Assembly (NCBI GenBank): GCA_028279725.1
Contig: JANQNE010000012.1
Span: 71,348 to 135,347 of the forward strand
Length of the DNA: 64,000 nucleotides
Direction: 5' to 3'
From: Candidatus Nanoarchaeia archaeon
Lineage (GTDB): Archaea > Nanobdellota > Nanobdellia > Woesearchaeales > JANQNE01
Position numbers and translations under genes: made by a program. This document shows positions 26,527 to 35,451 of this stretch, piece by piece; the first letter of the stretch is position 1, and the number at the start of each line of letters is the position of its first letter. Below the pieces are notes generated by a model. The model was given only the letters and a program-made list of their open reading frames with translations, had not been told where the DNA came from and did not search any database.

Positions 26527-26684
26527 TCCCCACCCCCGGATTTGAACCAGGAACCTTTCGGTTTTGGCTGGCTCTCTATCATCCCTTGCCTTGATGGCGT
26601 AGTCATAGAGCGCATCTTTGACTAAAAATATCCTATTTGGGTATTTTTAACAGCCGAACGCTCTAGCCGTTGAGCTAGGTGGGG
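26527..26684 (-). tRNA. Intron-containing tRNA, most likely tRNA-Tyr(GTA) with two introns (35/36 and about 37/38). A single canonical-intron reading gives Asn(GTT).
   Basis: Acceptor CCCCACC/GGTGGGG with A73, D-stem GCTC/GAGC, anticodon stem TTCGG/CCGAA, T-arm CCTGG-TTCAAAT-CCGGG. Strict BHB predicts intron 26649..26618. Confidence 0.85.
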
Positions 26685-26734
26685 CTAAATAGCAGAAAAA
26701 GAAAGCCGTTTAAAAATGTTACGGAAAAATGGCT

Positions 26735-28228
26735 TTAATCTGATGTTTTTGGAACAACCAGGCTGTTGCTCCTTACTACGACTTCTCTGCCTTTTGGTGT
26801 CTTATACTTAACCACTGTAGGCAATAACCTGAAGTTTCCAAGTATTGAAAGCTTAGATTTGATCTCATATTTGATGATCCTCTCTTCGCTTCCTTCAACA
26901 TCCTCAAGCTTCCATTTTACTATCGTCCCTTTTTTCCTGTGCTTAAGGATCTTATTTGGTTTTAATGTTCCTACGTCAAAATTCTGCTTTATGTCAGCAA
27001 TGTGAGGGATCCTGTCTATGACTTCAACATCTTTTATCCTCTTATCGCTTGAGTTCTTAATATTGATAAGAACCTTTATCTCTGATATCCCGCCTTCATC
27101 CACTGAAACATTGGTGAACTTTTTTTCTACGATCAAAGGACTCTTGAAAAGGAAATGCAGAAGTACTGCTATTATTATGAACAGGATAACATAGAACAAA
27201 GGCCTGAAGTTAGTTGATGTTATTATCTGCTTTGATTCTGTCGGATCAAGCTCAACATACCAGCTGATGTATTTCTTCTCATCCTGCTCGAACAGCTGAG
27301 GATCTTCTGAAGAGAATGTGAATAATCTCTGGAACCATGTCTTTTCTAATTTGTATTGCTCTCCTTTTCTTACATTCCCATCATTTGTGAATGTTATTAT
27401 CTTCTTATCTTTAAGGAATGTGTCTTTCTCTATGATATTCTTTGTAAGCTCATCTGTGTAGTCTACGATCCTGAATGTCTTTGCAGCAGGAGTAAATTGA
27501 GTATCATCTGCATAGACAATAGTGTATATCGTGTCTGTTGTAGGTTTTTGAAGAGGATCTACAGGGAAAGGAACTTTGACAGTTTTAGCTTCATTTGGAT
27601 CTAATGTTTCAACTATTGTCTTTTTTCCCAGAAGTTCGCTTTCTATATTAATAGTAAGATTAGTTATGTTCCTGAAGTTGTTGTTTTTTAGAACAACTAA
27701 TAGTTCAACAGGCTCTCTTGGGTCAACTTCCTCTGATATCTGGACTGTTGCTTTTATATCTGGGACATAGACTCCAGTAAGTTCTGAAGTTGAAAGTATG
27801 GTTACAGGAAGAAGAACACTTACTTTCTCATCTCCTGATGTTATTACAGATTCTATAATATACGAGCCGACACCTGTCGTGTCCCTTGGCTTGATTATAA
27901 CTGTTGTCGTATCTGAACTGGTTCCGCTAACTTCCATACCTGTGAGGCCGTGGTATATCGGATCAGTCCTTATAGGAAGCCATTCTCCTGTGTTTGCAAA
28001 ATCAAGATCATAGTCTGAACTGTTGATCAGATTATTTGTTATAGTTATCTGGAATTCTGCTTTCTCTCCAAGATATAATGATCCTTTTATGGTATCAAAT
28101 TCAACCTTGAAGGAATTGCTTTCACTTGTAGCTTCTCCTGATGATGGATGAGAAACTATAGCTGCAGATGTAAAAACTGCAAAAAGCAGAACAAAAAATA
28201 CTGAAAATAATGTTAATTTATTTTTCAT
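26735..28228 (-). CDS. Secreted/membrane Ig-like (CARDB/NEW3-type) protein with an internal TM and a cytoplasmic Ig-like domain
   Basis: Signal peptide, beta-rich repeats, TM FRPLFYVILFIIIAVLLHFLF, VIDRIP..WKL. Confidence 0.75.
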   Translation of the reverse strand: MKNKLTLFSVFFVLLFAVFTSAAIVSHPSSGEATSESNSFKVEFDTIKGSLYLGEKAEFQITITNNLINSSDYDLDFANTGEWLPIRTDPIYHGLTGMEVSGTSSDTTTVIIKPRDTTGVGSYIIESVITSGDEKVSVLLPVTILSTSELTGVYVPDIKATVQISEEVDPREPVELLVVLKNNNFRNITNLTINIESELLGKKTIVETLDPNEAKTVKVPFPVDPLQKPTTDTIYTIVYADDTQFTPAAKTFRIVDYTDELTKNIIEKDTFLKDKKIITFTNDGNVRKGEQYKLEKTWFQRLFTFSSEDPQLFEQDEKKYISWYVELDPTESKQIITSTNFRPLFYVILFIIIAVLLHFLFKSPLIVEKKFTNVSVDEGGISEIKVLINIKNSSDKRIKDVEVIDRIPHIADIKQNFDVGTLKPNKILKHRKKGTIVKWKLEDVEGSEERIIKYEIKSKLSILGNFRLLPTVVKYKTPKGREVVVRSNSLVVPKTSD

Positions 28229-28262
28229 GCCTCACACCTCTTAACACTAAGATTGAGGTTGA

Positions 28263-29027
28263 TTACTTTATAAAAGTTTCGATTTGTCTGCTGAAGTGGT
28301 CGTAGAGCTCTACAGCTGTCGGCTGGCCATCAGCAGAGCCTTTTCCTTCTCTGTATGGTCCGAAAGTGAAGTAGTTGTTCATGTTTTTCCTTGTGTAATC
28401 AGCAGCAGCTTTTATCAAAGCAGGGTCTTTGGTTATGCTCAATCCTGTGAAATCGTCCTTTACACGATCAACTACGCTTCCCATCAGATGGATGTCCTCC
28501 AGACCTTCAGCTTTTACTGCAGCCTTATAGATAACTTCGAAATCCTTGAAAAGTTTTCCTACTTCTTTTAATTCTCCTACTAAGTTTACAAGGTTTGGAG
28601 TTTTTTTCAGGTCATGGGCTGATATGATGACCTTTGTGCTGTTATCCTTTTTATGGGATCTTATGTTGTTCAACATATCTACAAGGCGATATAGTTCATC
28701 CTGAGGTGTTGAATGCTCTGCATCAATACCCCATGCTCCTTTTAATGCTGCATATGCCAAATTATCCATCCTTTCTTCGTCAGTCCTGTAAAATCCTTTT
28801 TCGCATCTTCCTTCTCCTTCTCTTCTGTCTGTAACCAAAGAACCTTTTTCTGAATGGCCTAATAGTGAATCTATGTCCGGATAGCTTAGCCTTTCTTTTG
28901 GAGAATCTATCCTTTGTTCGAATAAGTAGAACTTATCCGGAATATTTTCTAATGCTTCGTCCATATTTCTTTTCATCATATCTACTGTATCTCCCATTAT
29001 GGGCACTATTATCAATGGTATTTTCAT
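28263..29027 (-). CDS. aroD: Divergent type I 3-dehydroquinate dehydratase-like protein
   Basis: FEQRID, VTDRREGEG, IDAE, IISAHDLKKTP, IYKAA, SADGQ. Confidence 0.68.
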   Translation of the reverse strand: MKIPLIIVPIMGDTVDMMKRNMDEALENIPDKFYLFEQRIDSPKERLSYPDIDSLLGHSEKGSLVTDRREGEGRCEKGFYRTDEERMDNLAYAALKGAWGIDAEHSTPQDELYRLVDMLNNIRSHKKDNSTKVIISAHDLKKTPNLVNLVGELKEVGKLFKDFEVIYKAAVKAEGLEDIHLMGSVVDRVKDDFTGLSITKDPALIKAAADYTRKNMNNYFTFGPYREGKGSADGQPTAVELYDHFSRQIETFIK

Positions 29028-31498
29028 GTTATTACCTCGCTTGTGTGCTCGTTTTTTGAGATCTTTATAACATTATCTACAAATGATTCTATCTTTGATT
29101 CGTGTGAGACTAATATGATCTGTCTTGATTCCAGTTCATCTAATACATCCCTTACTTTATCTAATTGTTCTGATGAGAACCCATCTGTGGGCTCGTCTAA
29201 GATGATGAGATCTTTTGTGTTTATTGTGCTTACTATATTATTAACTACTTTGTTTAAGGATAATCTATATGCTAAAGCTGCTGATGTACGCTCTCCTCCT
29301 GAAAGGTTCTCAATAGATGTTTCGTAGCCGTTCTGTTCTATTACAGGTGTTAAAGTTTCATCTAGTCTTGAAGAGATAGTTTCTTCTTCTATCAGTTTGT
29401 TGAACCAGTCTCTGAATAATGCGTCGAATTGGGAGTATACGCTGAACATGACATGTTTTTCCATAACTGACATCAAAGAGATGAAGTAGTTTTCAAGCCA
29501 GTTCTGCATCTGTGATATGTTTTGTATCTTTTCTTTTGATTCCTGTTTTTCTTTTATCTCCTGAGTTAAAGATGAGATTAGTTTTTCTATATTCTCTATC
29601 TCTTTTTTGAACTCTGCGATCCTGACTTCAATCCCTTTTTCTTTATTTAACTGCTCTTCTACAATTGTTATATGTCTTCTGTATCTTGGCTCTATGTTGT
29701 CAAATTCTTTAAGGTTGTTTTTCATGTCTTTCAGGTCTTTTTCTGATTCTGTGATCAGATCTGAGGTTGCTGTGAACTCGTTGTGGAGCTTTTGCCTTTG
29801 GGATTCCTTGTCTTTTACAGAGGAAGAGATGTAGTTCTTCTCTTTTTCTTTTATCTTGTTGTCTCTTATGACGTATAGCAGTTTTTTGAAATTTGCTATA
29901 GTCTTTTCAAGTGTTTTTGTGTCTGTGTTTTCTAGGTCTTTTGTCCTTTCTTCTAGCTTTTTTACAGTCTCTAAAGATAAGTTGAACGCTTTCTTTGATT
30001 CTACAAGGTCTTTTGTGTCTTCTTCAAGTTTTTGTATGTCTGAATTTAGAAGATTTATTGTGTTTTGCTTTTCTTGCAGGTCTTTTTGTTTTGTCTTTTG
30101 ATCTTTGATGAGTTTTTCTTTAATGTCTTTCAGTTTAGTTAATTCATTGAGCTCTGAATCGTTTGATTTTATCTTTAAGTTTTCTTCTTCTGTTATCTTT
30201 GACCTGTGAGTTTTATCAACTTCCTGGAGGCATGTCGGGCAGCTGTCCAGTCTTTTTATCTTTTCGATTATATTCTTTGAGTTGTCTATGTGGATCTTTT
30301 TCCTGTTTATGTCTGTTGTTATCTTTGTTATTTGGTCTAGTGTGGTGTCTATCTGTTTTTCTATGTCTTTTAAGCTTTTTATCTCTTCTGAGAGTTTTGC
30401 AGACTGTGATCTTTTTAGTATGAGAAGCTCTGATTTCTTTGTCTTTTCTTCCACCTGGGTTTTTTGTATGTTTAGATTGTTTTTTGTGTTGTCTAATCTT
30501 TCTTTTGTGAGTTCAAGGTCTTTTATTATTCCGTTGAGCTTTCCTTCTTTGTCTTTTATGTCTTCTTCTAATTGTTCTTCTGTCTTTAACGGAGCTTGTG
30601 TAAGTCTTATAGTGGAGAATTTTTGGTGCAGTTTTTTTATCTGGTCATCTAACTCTTTGATCTCTTTTACGATGAGTGTTCTTCTTAGTTTTTTTTCCTC
30701 TACTGTCTTTTCTGTGTGCTCTATGTCTTTCTTTATGTTGTTGTATCTGTGTAGCTTGTTTTCAAGCTCTCTAAGTCTTGCTTTCTTTTGTGCTGTTTCT
30801 GATGATGTGTTTTTGAGAGATTCCTGCATCCCTTCTAAGGAGTTTTTCATCTCATGGATATCTTTGCTGAGCTTTTCCTTATCTGCTGTCTTTTCGTTTA
30901 ATCCTATCGTGTGTCCTTCAAGCTTGCTTTTTTTCTCTTTTAGGTCTTTCAATAGGATTGATGAGTTTTCTTTTATTCTTTTGTACCTGTCTATGCCAAA
31001 GACTTTTCTTAATGTGTCCAGCCTGTTTGCAGAGTCATCTAACAATATCTGTTTCATCTCTTCCTGGGGAGTGTAGACTGTGTATCTGTAGATAAGATCT
31101 TTTTTTGTGAGCAGTTCTTTTGGATATCCTAGAATAGTAAGGATGAAATCTTTCAGCTCAACTGGAGTGAGCTCTTTTTTCTTTTTGTCTACTATGATAT
31201 AACCTGATGTCTGTGTGATGGTGTCTTTCTGTCTTTTTAGAGTACGTTTTATTATGTAGTCTTTGTCTTTTATCGAAAATTTCAATTCTACAGAGCCTTC
31301 TTTTTTTCCGTTTCTTAGCATTGAGTTTCCTCCTAATGATTTTCTTTTCAATCCGAACAATGCGAATTCTATAGCTAAGAGGATAGAAGATTTTCCTGAA
31401 CCGATGTCTCCGCTTAGAAGTGTTGATCCTTCTGGAAACTCGACAGTTTCAGATGTATAGCTACGGATATTTTGGAGCTTTAAAGATCGGATAATCAT
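29024..31498 (-). CDS. rad50: Rad50/SbcC SMC-family ATPase
   Basis: GDIGSGKSS, long coiled coil with CPTC zinc hook, LSGGE, IILDEPT, VSH. Confidence 0.93.
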   Translation of the reverse strand: MIIRSLKLQNIRSYTSETVEFPEGSTLLSGDIGSGKSSILLAIEFALFGLKRKSLGGNSMLRNGKKEGSVELKFSIKDKDYIIKRTLKRQKDTITQTSGYIIVDKKKKELTPVELKDFILTILGYPKELLTKKDLIYRYTVYTPQEEMKQILLDDSANRLDTLRKVFGIDRYKRIKENSSILLKDLKEKKSKLEGHTIGLNEKTADKEKLSKDIHEMKNSLEGMQESLKNTSSETAQKKARLRELENKLHRYNNIKKDIEHTEKTVEEKKLRRTLIVKEIKELDDQIKKLHQKFSTIRLTQAPLKTEEQLEEDIKDKEGKLNGIIKDLELTKERLDNTKNNLNIQKTQVEEKTKKSELLILKRSQSAKLSEEIKSLKDIEKQIDTTLDQITKITTDINRKKIHIDNSKNIIEKIKRLDSCPTCLQEVDKTHRSKITEEENLKIKSNDSELNELTKLKDIKEKLIKDQKTKQKDLQEKQNTINLLNSDIQKLEEDTKDLVESKKAFNLSLETVKKLEERTKDLENTDTKTLEKTIANFKKLLYVIRDNKIKEKEKNYISSSVKDKESQRQKLHNEFTATSDLITESEKDLKDMKNNLKEFDNIEPRYRRHITIVEEQLNKEKGIEVRIAEFKKEIENIEKLISSLTQEIKEKQESKEKIQNISQMQNWLENYFISLMSVMEKHVMFSVYSQFDALFRDWFNKLIEEETISSRLDETLTPVIEQNGYETSIENLSGGERTSAALAYRLSLNKVVNNIVSTINTKDLIILDEPTDGFSSEQLDKVRDVLDELESRQIILVSHESKIESFVDNVIKISKNEHTSEVIT

Positions 31499-31549
31499 AT
31501 CGCTCTAGAAGGATAATTGATATAAAAAAGTGTTGTCGTATCTGATCGG

Positions 31550-33949
31550 TTACTTCTTCTCCTGTTCAAGGATCTTTAAGGTTGTCTTTATGACTGTGTC
31601 TGGGTTTAGGCTTATCGAGTCGATACCCTGGGTTACTAAGAACTGTGCGAAATCAGGGAAATCAGAAGGAGCCTGGCCGCATATGCCTATCTTTCTTTTT
31701 GCTTTTTTTGCTTTGTGTATGACTAATGCGATGAGTTTCTTTACTGCTGCGTTTCTTTCATCGTAAACATGAGAGACTAGTTCTGAATCACGGTCTAAGC
31801 CTAAAGTTAACTGTGTTAAGTCGTTTGATCCTATGCTGAATCCGTCGAATATCTTTGCGAATTCTTCTGCAAGTATCACGTTTGAAGGTATCTCGCACAT
31901 CACATAGACTTCAAGCTTGTTCTTTCCTCTCTGAAGGCCTTGTTTTTTCATCTCTGCCAGGACTGCTTTTCCTTCTTCTATCGTCCTGCAGAAAGGTATC
32001 ATCAGCTTTACGTTTGTAAGGCCCATCTCTTCCCTTACTTTTTTCATAGCTTTGCATTCTAATGCGAATCCGTCCTTGTAGTTTTGATCATAGTATCTTG
32101 AAGCTCCACGCCAGCCTATCATAGGGTTATCTTCTGTAGGCTCGAACTCTTTTCCTCCGATCAGGTTTGCGTATTCGTTTGATTTGAAATCTGACATACG
32201 GACTATAACGTCTTTTGGATAGAATGCTGCTGCTATTGTTGCAACTCCTTGTGCAAGCTTGTCTATGAAGAACTGTGTCTTGTCCTTGTATCCTTTTGTA
32301 AGCAGTTCTATCTTTTCTTTTGCAGCTTTGTCTTTTAGCTTGTTGAAGTTTATGAGAGCTCTTGGGTGTATTCTGATATAATCATTGATTATGAACTCTT
32401 CTCTTGCCAATCCCACTCCATCGTTAGGTATGAAGGAGAACTCAAATGCTTTGTCTGGGTTTGCAACGTTCATCATGACTTTTGTCCTTGGCCTTTTTAG
32501 TTTCTTTAGATTATGCTTTTCTATCTCATATTTTAGAAGGCCTTTGTAGACAAATCCTTCTTCTCCTTCTGCGCATGAGATAGTTACTGGTGCTCCTTGT
32601 TTTAGGACGTCTGTTCCTTTGTTAGTTCCCACGACGCATGGAATCCCCAGTTCTCTGCTTACTATAGCTGCATGGCATGTTCTTCCGCCTCTGTTTGTGA
32701 CAATTGCCGAAGCGATCTTCATTATAGGCTCCCAGTCCGGGTCTGTCATATCTGTTACAAGAACTTCTCCTTTCCTGAACTTTTCTATCTGGTGGGCATT
32801 TTTGATTATGTTTACTTTTCCTGAGCCTATCTTTGTTCCTACCGCATTTCCTTTTACTAATACCTGGCTTCTTTGCCTTAGCTTGTACTCTTCAAGAACT
32901 GATTTGTCTTTTTGTGAGACTACTGTTTCTGGACGAGCCTGGACTATGAATAACTGGTTTGTTTTTCCGTCTTTTGCCCACTCCATGTCCATAGGCTTGA
33001 AATATTTCGCTTTTTTTGAATAGTGCTCTTCTATTATGACTGCCCATCTTGCTAAAGTCAGGATCTCGTCTTCTGAGATTGAAAATTTTTCTCTGTCTGG
33101 AGGAGGAGTCGGTATGTTTTTTGTAGGCTTGTTTGAATCCTGGGTGTAGATCATCTTGATTGATTTATCACCAAGCTTTTTCATCAAGATAGGACGCTTG
33201 TTCTGTTTTAGGGTCGGCTTGAATACATAGAACTGGTCGGGGTTTACTGCGCCCTGGACAACATTCTCTCCTAAGCCGTATGCTCCTGTTATATATACTA
33301 CATCTTTGAATCCTGATTCTGTGTCTATCGAAAACATAACTCCTGAAGATGCTATGTCTGAACGGACCATCTTCTGGACTCCTATGGAGAGTGCAATCTT
33401 GAAATGGTCGAAGCCTTTGTCTTCCCTGTATGATATCGCCCTGTTTGTGAATAATGATGCGAAGCAGCGTTTGCATGATTCTATCAAGGATGAATCTCCT
33501 CTGATGTTCAGATATGTTTCCTGCTGGCCTGCAAAAGAAGCATCTGGGAGGTCTTCAGCTGTTGCTGATGATCTTACTGCAACATCTGTGTTCTTTCCGT
33601 ATTCTCCGCACATCTGTCTGTATGCTTTTTTTATCTCTTCTTTAAGTTCTTCAGGAAAGTCTGCATTAAGGATAAGCTCTCTAACTTTTCTTCCTCTTTC
33701 CTGAAGATTCTTTATGTTTTTTGTGTTAAGATCACTTAGAACCTGTTTTATCTTATCTTTTATCCCTGCTTTTATTATGAAATACCTGTAAGCATGAGCT
33801 GTAACTGCGAAACCATTCGGTATGTTGACTTTCTTTTTTGTCAGATTCCTGTACATCTCTCCAAGAGAAGCGTTCTTTCCGCCAACATACGGGACATCAT
33901 CTATCTCAAGATCTTTAAACCATAGAATAAACTGCTTATCTTTCTTCAA
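31550..33949 (-). CDS. ppsA: Phosphoenolpyruvate synthase
   Basis: VGGKNASLGEM, RSSATAEDLPDASFAGQ, GGRTCHAAIVSRELG, SIGSNDLTQL, GICGQAP. Confidence 0.98.
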   Translation of the reverse strand: MKKDKQFILWFKDLEIDDVPYVGGKNASLGEMYRNLTKKKVNIPNGFAVTAHAYRYFIIKAGIKDKIKQVLSDLNTKNIKNLQERGRKVRELILNADFPEELKEEIKKAYRQMCGEYGKNTDVAVRSSATAEDLPDASFAGQQETYLNIRGDSSLIESCKRCFASLFTNRAISYREDKGFDHFKIALSIGVQKMVRSDIASSGVMFSIDTESGFKDVVYITGAYGLGENVVQGAVNPDQFYVFKPTLKQNKRPILMKKLGDKSIKMIYTQDSNKPTKNIPTPPPDREKFSISEDEILTLARWAVIIEEHYSKKAKYFKPMDMEWAKDGKTNQLFIVQARPETVVSQKDKSVLEEYKLRQRSQVLVKGNAVGTKIGSGKVNIIKNAHQIEKFRKGEVLVTDMTDPDWEPIMKIASAIVTNRGGRTCHAAIVSRELGIPCVVGTNKGTDVLKQGAPVTISCAEGEEGFVYKGLLKYEIEKHNLKKLKRPRTKVMMNVANPDKAFEFSFIPNDGVGLAREEFIINDYIRIHPRALINFNKLKDKAAKEKIELLTKGYKDKTQFFIDKLAQGVATIAAAFYPKDVIVRMSDFKSNEYANLIGGKEFEPTEDNPMIGWRGASRYYDQNYKDGFALECKAMKKVREEMGLTNVKLMIPFCRTIEEGKAVLAEMKKQGLQRGKNKLEVYVMCEIPSNVILAEEFAKIFDGFSIGSNDLTQLTLGLDRDSELVSHVYDERNAAVKKLIALVIHKAKKAKRKIGICGQAPSDFPDFAQFLVTQGIDSISLNPDTVIKTTLKILEQEKK

Positions 33950-34112
33950 TCTAACACCTCTTTATGGAAATATTTGGTGTCTGAGTATATAAATGTTATT
34001 GTTAACGCAGTTTTCTGGGAAAGATTTATAAATGAACTGCGATTGACAAGGTACAGATAGTATTTTGTATATAGGAACTTCTAAGTCCTTTTCGAATGCA
34101 ATCGTTAATAAA

Positions 34113-35126
34113 ATGAAAATTGGTATATTAAAAGAAATCAATAGGAATGAGAAAAGAGTAGTTTTGAGGCCTAAGGAAGTTGGAGAATTGGTTAAAAGAG
34201 GGAATACTGTCTATGTCGAGACTAAAGCAGGTGTAGGTGTTGGTTTTTCTGATAAAGATTATGAAAACAGAGGGGCTAAGATAAGAGATTGTGATTTTGT
34301 TTATAGAAATTCTGACATGCTGCTGAAATTAAGATCTCCGACAGATTCTGAATTCAAGAAGATAAAGAACAAGATACTGTTTTCAATGCTTCATACTGGC
34401 CAGAATCCTAAGAGGGTAGGGTTTATCAAAGAGAACAAGATAAAAGCTGTTGAGATGGAATCAGTAAAGAATGAGTTTAATGAAAGATATGTTGATGCGA
34501 CTGATATAACTGGAGAAGCTGGTGTACTTTATGCTACAAGATTTTTGCAGAAGATCCCTGAAGAGACAAATGTGCTTGTTCTAGGATATGGAAGAGTCGG
34601 GTCAGGAGCGATAACAATGTGCAACAAGCTTGGTATGAATGTCAAAATACTGAGAAAAAGCGAGTATGATAATATTGAGCATTTTATGAAAGGAAAAGAT
34701 ATACTTGTGAATGCAATAGCATGGCCTGATGAAGAAAGACTGAAGAAGAACTATCTTGTCACAAGAGATATGCTGAAGCGTCTGAACAAAGGAGCTATTG
34801 TCCTTGATCTTTCTGTAGACTATCCTAATCCTGTAGAGACATGCAAGCCTACTACACTTACAAAGCCCTGGTTTGAGCTTGACGGAATAATACATATCAG
34901 TATATATGGCTATCCTGGATTAGTTCCTGTGTCTTCTGTAAACAGATACAGCAAGCAGATACTTCCTTTGGTAGCAGAGATTGCTGGAAATGAAGGACTT
35001 GAAAGGATCGAAGAGATAAGCCAGGCTGGAAAACATATATATGAAGCAACAATATTTCCTACTGAAAAAGAGAAGAAGTTTGTTGAGGAGAAAGTAAGCG
35101 AAGAAGGAGCTGCTTACGGAAAATAA
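34113..35126 (+). CDS. Alanine dehydrogenase/PNT-superfamily NAD-dependent enzyme (AlaDH, saccharopine dehydrogenase or CEO synthase-like)
   Basis: MKIGILKE..NEKRV, VETKAG.G.GFSD..Y, VLGYGRVG, VLDLSVD, ET..PTT. Confidence 0.8.
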   Translation: MKIGILKEINRNEKRVVLRPKEVGELVKRGNTVYVETKAGVGVGFSDKDYENRGAKIRDCDFVYRNSDMLLKLRSPTDSEFKKIKNKILFSMLHTGQNPKRVGFIKENKIKAVEMESVKNEFNERYVDATDITGEAGVLYATRFLQKIPEETNVLVLGYGRVGSGAITMCNKLGMNVKILRKSEYDNIEHFMKGKDILVNAIAWPDEERLKKNYLVTRDMLKRLNKGAIVLDLSVDYPNPVETCKPTTLTKPWFELDGIIHISIYGYPGLVPVSSVNRYSKQILPLVAEIAGNEGLERIEEISQAGKHIYEATIFPTEKEKKFVEEKVSEEGAAYGK

Positions 35127-35179
35127 AATCCTTTCTAAATTAGAAATATTTTTATATGATTGATCCATAAATTTACCTG

Positions 35180-35443
35180 GTGATAAATATGTTTGGCATT
35201 AAAGATGGAAAGATAGAAATAAAATTAAAAGATATTAAAGAAAAATTAGAGGATATCAATAAAAATAAAATCGGCACTGATTTTGGAGCTGAAAACATCC
35301 CTGGTGCTGTGGCTTTAGAAATTAAACAAGAAATTGATGAAATAATCAATGAATTAAAAGGGGTTATTAATTTATCTCACAAACTGCATGGAATGGTAAA
35401 GAAAGAAGAAGAAATTCAAAGGATTATTGATGCAAATATATAA
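35180..35443 (+). CDS. Small hypothetical coiled-coil protein
   Basis: Co-oriented ORF between the AlaDH-like and ATP-grasp genes. Confidence 0.6.
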   Translation: MINMFGIKDGKIEIKLKDIKEKLEDINKNKIGTDFGAENIPGAVALEIKQEIDEIINELKGVINLSHKLHGMVKKEEEIQRIIDANI

Positions 35444-35451
35444 GGATAAAT

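Noticed and set aside
26433-26615. 61-aa N-terminal extension of the LAGLIDADG ORF starting inside the tRNA intron
   Set aside because: It translates through the tRNA T-arm, the terminator and the promoter motif. A TATA box and ATG at 26432 give a normal-sized protein.
26563-26649. Group I intron in the tRNA
   Set aside because: The 87-nt insert is far too short for a group I core, and a BHB motif explains the first splice.
30282-31076. 264-aa + strand ORF and other long antisense ORFs (e.g. 60908..61528, 11442..11939, 32619..33023)
   Set aside because: These are F/S/L-rich antisense shadows of K/E-rich genes (rad50, dnaK, trmB, ppsA) with no motifs of their own.
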